Shown: piece after piece, positions 58,432 through 64,000 of the stretch | How the letters are laid out: each line of letters opens with the position of its first letter | Numbering within the stretch: position 1 is the stretch's first letter | NCBI RefSeq assembly: GCF_003334765.1 | Contig: NZ_QOWT01000017.1 | Direction: 5' to 3' (one strand) | Length of the DNA stretch: 64,000 nt | DNA from: Escherichia coli | GTDB taxonomy: Bacteria > Pseudomonadota > Gammaproteobacteria > Enterobacterales > Enterobacteriaceae | Notes under the pieces: model-generated | Told to the model about the DNA's origin: nothing | The model's database searches: none | Seen by the model: the letters and a program-made list of their open reading frames with translations, nothing else | Made by a program: the position numbers and the translations under genes

Positions 58432-60074
58432 GATAATTTCTCCAACATTTCTGAATTACTGGCGCCAGGCGGCACCAGCGGCCAGACGTTCTCAAGTTCG
58501 TCGATTGAGACATGAAGCAGGTATGGCCCATCACTGTTCAGCATGGTGTCGAGTGCCGCTTCAACCTGGTCTTTCCGGGTGATGTGTTGGCCATGGATGC
58601 CGAAGGCGCTGGCTAACATGAGGAAATCGGGGTTATCAGTAAGGGTGGTTTCGCTGTATCGTTCCTGAAAAAACAGTTGCTGCCATTGTCGAACCATCCC
58701 TAACCGTTGGTTATCGAGTAAGACGATTTTCAACGGTAACTGCTTGCGTTTTACGGTGCCCAGCTCTTGCACATTCATCATGAAAGAGCCGTCACCGGAG
58801 ATACAGACAACGGTATCGTTCGGTCGCGCGACTTGTGCGCCAACCGCCGCCGGTAAACCAAAACCCATGGTACCTAAACCGCTGGAGGTGATGAAATTTT
58901 CCGGGCGAGTGTGGGCGATGTGCTGCGCAGCCCACATCTGGTGCTGCCCCACATCTGTGGTCACGACGCAATCCGCAGGTTTACGATCCGACAGTTGTTT
59001 TAACAACAACGGCGCGTAGATAGCGTCACCGGGATGGTCGTAACGCCAGGAATGTTCATCACGCAGCTGCGCGCAGTGTTGCTGCCAGTCATTGATATTT
59101 AACGGCTGCTGTAATGCTGGTAACAGAGCATTTAAATCACCTTGTAATGCCACATGTGCCTGACGCAGCTTGTTCATTTCTGCCGGGTCGATATCCATAT
59201 GGATAACACTGGCGTGTGGCGCGAAGGTGTTCAGTTTGCCGGTCACCCGGTCATCAAAACGTGCGCCCACGGCGATCAGCAGGTCACACTCCTGCACCGC
59301 GAAGTTTGCCGCTTTGGTGCCGTGCATCCCCAGCATGCCCAGATAGTACGGATAATCTGCTTCTACTGCGCCCAGCCCTTTCAGCGTACAGGTGGCAGGC
59401 ATTTTTGTGGCAGCGAGAAATTCACGCAAAGCCGGAACTGCCTGCGCCATACCCACGCCACCGCCAACGTACAGCATCGGTTTTTGCGCTTTTGCCAGCA
59501 TCTGGCGCGCTTGCTCAACTTCGGCATGTGGGAAAGTCACTTCGTTTTCAACGGTGGTGAACCACGGTTCCAGGTCACCGCTGGCTAACTGGATATCTTT
59601 TGGGATATCGACCAGAACCGGACCAGGACGACCTGAGCAGGCAACGTCGAATGCTTCAGCCATGATGCGCGGCAACTCTTCCAGCGACTGCACCAGAAAG
59701 CTGTGCTTGGTACAGGCTAACGACAATCCCAGGACATCCACTTCCTGAAATGCGTCAGTGCCGATAAACGGTGCGGACACTTGACCGGTGATGGCAACAA
59801 CAGGGATGGAATCTAACAGTGCGTCCGCAAGCCCGGTTATCAGGTTGGTTGCGCCCGGACCAGACGTGGCGATACATACGCCAGTTTTGCCGGTAGCACG
59901 AGCATAACCGATAGCCGCCATTGCCGCACCCTGCTCATGTCGGCATAGCAAGTGCTCCACGCCGCCGTCATACAATGCATCGTAAACCGGCATAATTGCG
60001 CCACCCGGATAACCGAAAACGGTGTTCACACCCTGTGCCCGCAACGCATGTACCACCCACTGTGCGCCATTCAT
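58428..60074 (-). CDS. ilvG: Acetolactate synthase II large subunit, intact reading frame
   Basis: Uninterrupted 548 aa [40 protein letters not shown]... through ...[10 protein letters not shown]; ThDP-binding motif present. Confidence 0.95.
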
Positions 60075-60076
60075 AG

Positions 60077-60127
60077 TTAGTTCCCCGTCCTGAATCTTGA
60101 GAAACAGAATTTTGTGCTGTTATTCAT
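60077..60127 (-). CDS. ilvX: 16-aa small protein between ilvL and ilvG
   Basis: Reverse strand ATG AAT AAC AGC ACA AAA TTC TGT TTC TCA AGA TTC AGG ACG GGG AAC TAA = [16 protein letters not shown]; ends 2 nt before the ilvG start; matches my recollection of the small protein ilvX. Confidence 0.6.
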
Positions 60128-60156
60128 TGTCTGCTCCTCGGTTATGTTTTTAAGGT

Positions 60157-60189
60157 CAAAAAAAACCCCCGGACCTTTCGGTGCGGGGG
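60157..60189 (-). terminator. ilvGMEDA transcription attenuator (leader terminator)
   Basis: Reverse complement GACCCCCGCACCGAAAGGTCCGGGGGTTTTTTTT immediately downstream of ilvL. Confidence 0.85.
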
Positions 60190-60213
60190 TCTTAGTTCGT
60201 TAAGGCTTGATCT

Positions 60214-60312
60214 CTAAGCCTTTCCTCGTCCAAGTGCAGCCCCGCACGGTGGGATAATAATCACCACCACGCTAATCACGACCAGGCTAATCACTCGTAG
60301 AAGGGCTGTCAT
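60214..60312 (-). CDS. ilvL: ilvGMEDA leader peptide
   Basis: Reverse strand encodes MTALLRVISLVVISVVVIIIPPCGAALGRGKA (32 aa), rich in Leu/Val/Ile regulatory codons. Confidence 0.9.
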   Translation of the reverse strand: MTALLRVISLVVISVVVIIIPPCGAALGRGKA

Positions 60313-60664
60313 TTTGTCTTTTCTTGCATCTTGTTCGAAGGAATGCCTAAAGAGTTACCATAGGTTTTGTAAATAGTACAAGATATTTTTTGGCCGATTT
60401 TTATGATGCGTTTAATAATTTCAATATAAATTGTTGTTTTTTAAAAATAAAATAGTGAGTGAAAAAAATTCAATTTCAGTATGAATGTTGTTCCCTTCCT
60501 CGTAGTTCATCCTTTGTCCGCTGCATTTTTGCGAGCATCATTCCACCGCCAGAACAACTCAACTTCACTTGCACAAATAAACAGGAATCAGCCACTAAAA
60601 TTCACGAATTAGCGGGCTACAGCAGCGATATCTTATGCACATAATGGTGACTCAAGGAGGGCTT

Positions 60665-62185
60665 ATGTCACTGTCAATTGTTCATACCCGCGCAGCCCTG
60701 GGAGTAAATGCGCCCCCGATCACTGTTGAGGTACATATCAGTAAAGGTCTACCCGGCTTAACGATGGTGGGCTTACCAGAAACAACGGTAAAAGAAGCTC
60801 GCGATCGCGTGCGCAGCGCCATTATCAATAGCGGATATGAATATCCGGCGAAAAAAATCACCATCAACCTGGCTCCAGCTGATCTGCCAAAAGAAGGGGG
60901 ACGATATGATTTACCTATCGCCATTGCGTTGCTGGCGGCCTCAGAACAGCTTACAGCCAATAAGTTAGATGAATATGAATTAGTCGGAGAACTGGCGCTT
61001 ACAGGCGCTCTGCGTGGCGTTCCCGGCGCAATCTCCAGTGCAACTGAAGCTATTAAGTCGGGCAGAAAAATTATCGTCGCGAAAGATAACGAAGATGAAG
61101 TGGGGCTAATTAACGGTGAAGGATGCCTGATAGCCGATCATCTGCAAGCTGTCTGTGCGTTTCTGGAAGGTAAGCACGCTCTCGAACGCCCGAAACCAAC
61201 TGATGCAGTATCCCGGGCGCTACAACATGATCTCAGTGATGTTATCGGTCAGGAACAAGGAAAGCGAGGACTGGAAATTACCGCTGCTGGCGGGCACAAC
61301 CTTTTACTGATTGGGCCGCCGGGAACAGGTAAAACAATGCTCGCCAGCCGTATTAATGGCCTGTTGCCAGATTTAAGCAATGAAGAGGCACTGGAGAGTG
61401 CTGCGATATTAAGTCTGGTAAATGCTGAATCAGTACAAAAACAATGGCGGCAGCGCCCGTTCCGCTCACCTCATCACAGTGCATCGTTAACTGCGATGGT
61501 AGGCGGTGGCGCAATTCCAGGGCCCGGTGAAATTTCGCTGGCGCATAACGGCGTGCTTTTTCTTGATGAGCTACCTGAATTTGAACGGCGTACACTGGAT
61601 GCCTTGCGAGAGCCGATTGAATCCGGGCAGATCCATCTTTCACGCACACGAGCAAAAATAACCTATCCAGCCCGTTTCCAGCTTGTTGCGGCGATGAATC
61701 CCAGCCCTACCGGACATTATCAGGGAAACCATAACCGCTGCACGCCAGAACAGACATTACGTTATCTCAACCGGCTCTCGGGGCCCTTTCTCGACCGCTT
61801 CGATCTCTCACTGGAGATCCCATTACCACCCCCCGGCATTTTGAGTAAAACGGTAGTGCCGGGAGAAAGCAGCGCCACCGTTAAACAACGCGTAATGGCC
61901 GCCAGAGAGCGCCAATTTAAGCGGCAGAATAAACTGAATGCCTGGCTGGATAGTCCGGAAATACGCCAATTCTGCAAACTTGAGAGCGAAGATGCGATGT
62001 GGTTGGAAGGAACACTGATCCATCTGGGGTTATCGATTCGTGCCTGGCAGCGGTTATTGAAAGTTGCACGAACCATTGCTGATATTGATCAGTCTGACAT
62101 TATCACACGTCAGCATTTGCAGGAGGCAGTTAGCTATCGAGCGATTGACCGTTTGCTCATCCATCTGCAGAAACTACTGACATAA
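60665..62185 (+). CDS. yifB: ComM/YifB-family AAA+ ATPase (Mg-chelatase-like)
   Basis: 506 aa from ATG 60665 with AAGGAGG Shine-Dalgarno at 60654-60660; Walker A GPPGTGKT and Walker B LFLDELPEF. Confidence 0.9.
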   Translation: MSLSIVHTRAALGVNAPPITVEVHISKGLPGLTMVGLPETTVKEARDRVRSAIINSGYEYPAKKITINLAPADLPKEGGRYDLPIAIALLAASEQLTANKLDEYELVGELALTGALRGVPGAISSATEAIKSGRKIIVAKDNEDEVGLINGEGCLIADHLQAVCAFLEGKHALERPKPTDAVSRALQHDLSDVIGQEQGKRGLEITAAGGHNLLLIGPPGTGKTMLASRINGLLPDLSNEEALESAAILSLVNAESVQKQWRQRPFRSPHHSASLTAMVGGGAIPGPGEISLAHNGVLFLDELPEFERRTLDALREPIESGQIHLSRTRAKITYPARFQLVAAMNPSPTGHYQGNHNRCTPEQTLRYLNRLSGPFLDRFDLSLEIPLPPPGILSKTVVPGESSATVKQRVMAARERQFKRQNKLNAWLDSPEIRQFCKLESEDAMWLEGTLIHLGLSIRAWQRLLKVARTIADIDQSDIITRQHLQEAVSYRAIDRLLIHLQKLLT

Positions 62186-62209
62186 AAAAAGGGCATTTCG
62201 CCCTTTTTA
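62186..62209. terminator. Possible bidirectional terminator between convergent yifB and yifE
   Basis: AAAAAGGGC-atttc-GCCCTTTTT with A/T runs on both sides; short stem. Confidence 0.5.
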
Positions 62210-62548
62210 TTAATCGTCAGAATCGGTGTAGTCTTCAGCACCTTCAACCTGCGGTTTACCGCCGGAAAGGGTGTGAAAACGTTTTGGACGCTTAATACGC
62301 GTCATATACTTGGACCACACGCGTTCTGCTTCTGTCACTGGCTCACGTTCGCCACGGCATACTGCTACGAAGAGTTTCTCTTCCTCGGTAACCGGCTCGC
62401 GTTTGCCAAGATCCAACTCATTGAAGGCATAACCATGACGCTCAAGCAGTTGTGCCTCTTTGATGGTGAAATCACCATGACGAGAGAATCCACGTGGATA
62501 ATGTTTATTGTCGAAATATCGATTAGTCGTCGTAAAGCTTTCCGCCAT
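62210..62548 (-). CDS. yifE: Macrodomain Ori protein MaoP (YifE)
   Basis: 112 aa [58 protein letters not shown]. Confidence 0.88.
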   Translation of the reverse strand: MAESFTTTNRYFDNKHYPRGFSRHGDFTIKEAQLLERHGYAFNELDLGKREPVTEEEKLFVAVCRGEREPVTEAERVWSKYMTRIKRPKRFHTLSGGKPQVEGAEDYTDSDD

Positions 62549-62666
62549 CCTGCACGCTCCTAATTCTTTGACCGAGCTAGTTATGGCGCGGAGTATTAGT
62601 TACGCTTGACAGAGTGTAAAACAAAACATTTAAATCATAACGACAAATAATTTTGCGGAGAGCACT

Positions 62667-63506
62667 GTGGATACGGAATTGTTAAAAACTTTCCTGGAAG
62701 TTAGCCGAACGCGTCACTTTGGTCGAGCGGCTGAATCGCTCTATCTGACCCAGTCAGCAGTGAGCTTTCGAATCAGACAACTGGAAAATCAACTGGGTGT
62801 GAACCTTTTCACCCGCCACAGAAACAATATCCGTTTAACCGCTGCCGGTGAAAAACTACTGCCTTATGCAGAAACGCTCATGAGCACCTGGCAGGCCGCC
62901 CGTAAGGAGGTGGCGCATACCTCACGATATAACGAGTTTTCTATCGGTGCCAGCGCCTCGTTGTGGGAATGTATGCTTAATCAGTGGCTGGGACGCTTGT
63001 ATCAAAATCAGGATGCCCATACAGGCTTACAGTTCGAAGCGCGAATTGCCCAACGGCAGTCTCTGGTAAAACAGCTGCATGAACGCCAGCTTGATCTTCT
63101 TATTACCACTGAAGCGCCCAAAATGGACGAATTTAGTAGTCAGTTGCTGGGATATTTCACTTTAGCGCTTTATACCAGTGCCCCTTCAAAACTAAAGGGA
63201 GATCTTAATTATCTGCGACTTGAGTGGGGGCCAGATTTTCAACAGCATGAGGCAGGTTTGATCGGTGCTGACGAAGTGCCCATTCTGACAACCAGTTCTG
63301 CTGAACTGGCACAGCAACAGATTGCGATGCTTAATGGTTGCACCTGGCTACCCGTCAGCTGGGCGCGTAAAAAAGGCGGCCTGCATACCGTTGTCGATAG
63401 CACAACACTTTCACGGCCGCTTTATGCCATATGGCTGCAAAATAGCGATAAAAATGCGTTGATTCGCGATCTTTTGAAAATTAACGTGCTGGATGAAGTG
63501 TATTAA
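62667..63506 (+). CDS. hdfR: LysR-type transcriptional regulator HdfR
   Basis: 279 aa from GTG 62667; [26 protein letters not shown]. Confidence 0.9.
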   Translation: MDTELLKTFLEVSRTRHFGRAAESLYLTQSAVSFRIRQLENQLGVNLFTRHRNNIRLTAAGEKLLPYAETLMSTWQAARKEVAHTSRYNEFSIGASASLWECMLNQWLGRLYQNQDAHTGLQFEARIAQRQSLVKQLHERQLDLLITTEAPKMDEFSSQLLGYFTLALYTSAPSKLKGDLNYLRLEWGPDFQQHEAGLIGADEVPILTTSSAELAQQQIAMLNGCTWLPVSWARKKGGLHTVVDSTTLSRPLYAIWLQNSDKNALIRDLLKINVLDEVY

Positions 63507-63564
63507 TATGAATGGCTGGCAAGGATGCCGGTAGAAGGATTTACTTCGGAGAGGGTTATTTCAG

Positions 63565-63595
63565 ATAAAAAAAATCCTTAGCTTTCGCTAAGGAT
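63565..63595 (-). terminator. Intrinsic terminator at the end of the rrnC operon (downstream of trpT)
   Basis: Reverse complement ATCCTTAGCGAAAGCTAAGGATTTTTTTTATCTG. Confidence 0.8.
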
Positions 63596-63601
63596 GATTT
63601 C

Positions 63602-63677
63602 TGGCAGGGGCGGAGAGACTCGAACTCCCAACACCCGGTTTTGGAGACCGGTGCTCTACCAATTGAACTACGCCCCT
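63602..63677 (-). tRNA. trpT: tRNA-Trp (CCA)
   Basis: Reverse complement AGGGGCGTAGTTCAATTGGTAGAGCACCGGTCTCCAAAACCGGGTGTTGGGAGTTCGAGTCTCTCCGCCCCTGCCA. Confidence 0.95.
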
Positions 63678-63685
63678 AATTAGGG

Positions 63686-63762
63686 TGGCGGAACGGACGG
63701 GACTCGAACCCGCGACCCCCTGCGTGACAGGCAGGTATTCTAACCGACTGAACTACCGCTCC
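63686..63762 (-). tRNA. aspT: tRNA-Asp (GUC)
   Basis: Reverse complement GGAGCGGTAGTTCAGTCGGTTAGAATACCTGCCTGTCACGCAGGGGGTCGCGGGTTCGAGTCCCGTCCGTTCCGCCA. Confidence 0.95.
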
Positions 63763-63814
63763 ACCGAATTCTTTTACAACCACCGGTTTTATGACCGGCT
63801 TACTGCTTAATTTG

Positions 63815-63934
63815 ATGCCTGGCAGTTCCCTACTCTCGCATGGGGAGACCCCACACTACCATCGGCGCTACGGCGTTTCACTTCTGAGTTCGGCATGGGG
63901 TCAGGTGGGACCACCGCGCTACGGCCGCCAGGCA
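63815..63934 (-). rRNA. rrfC: 5S ribosomal RNA
   Basis: Reverse complement TGCCTGGCGGCCGTAGCGCGGTGGTCCCACCTGACCCCATGCCGAACTCAGAAGTGAAACGCCGTAGCGCCGATGGTAGTGTGGGGTCTCCCCATGCGAGAGTAGGGAACTGCCAGGCAT (120 nt); rrnC assignment is from synteny; the last 66 nt of the window are 23S-5S spacer. Confidence 0.95.
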
Positions 63935-64000
63935 AATTCTGTTTTATCAGACCGCTTCTGCGTTCTGATTTAATCTGTATCAGGCTGAAAATCTTCTCTC

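Noticed and set aside
63935-64000. Possible 3' end of 23S rRNA at the window edge
   Set aside because: The final 66 nt match the 23S-5S spacer (reverse complement GAGAGAAGATTTTCAGCCTGATACAGATTAAATCAGAACGCAGAAGCGGTCTGATAAAACAGAATT), so no 23S sequence can be claimed within the window.

Overview
This 64 kb window reads as conserved Escherichia coli-type core chromosome, with gene order colinear with the K-12 map from yigL to the 3' end of rrnC; I found no mobile element, CRISPR array, prophage or inserted island, and no convincing undescribed system. All calls rest on recognising the translated ORFs and RNA sequences by eye; no database search was run. Gene content in order: yigL' (partial), pldB, rhtB, rhtC, recQ, pldA, yigI, rarD, yigG, yigF, corA, yigE, uvrD (LexA box), yigB, xerC, yigA, dapF, yifL, cyaY, cyaA (TTG start), hemCDXY, GlmZ sRNA, aslA, aslB, the argX-hisR-leuT-proM tRNA operon, yifK, the 12-gene enterobacterial common antigen cluster (wecA to wecG), rho with leader peptide rhoL, trxA, rhlB, gppA, rep, a frameshifted MazF/PemK-like toxin remnant (yifN), ppiC, ilvC, ilvY, ilvLXGMEDA, yifB, yifE, hdfR, and trpT-aspT-rrfC. 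Many six-frame ORFs carry N-terminal extensions from upstream alternative start codons; I trimmed these to the start matching the remembered protein. Points worth a second look are modest: the orphan yifN toxin remnant, a low-GC yigG-yigF islet, an intact ilvG (unlike K-12), the DUF484 gene yigA coupled to xerC, and a few unexplained palindromes in intergenic regions.
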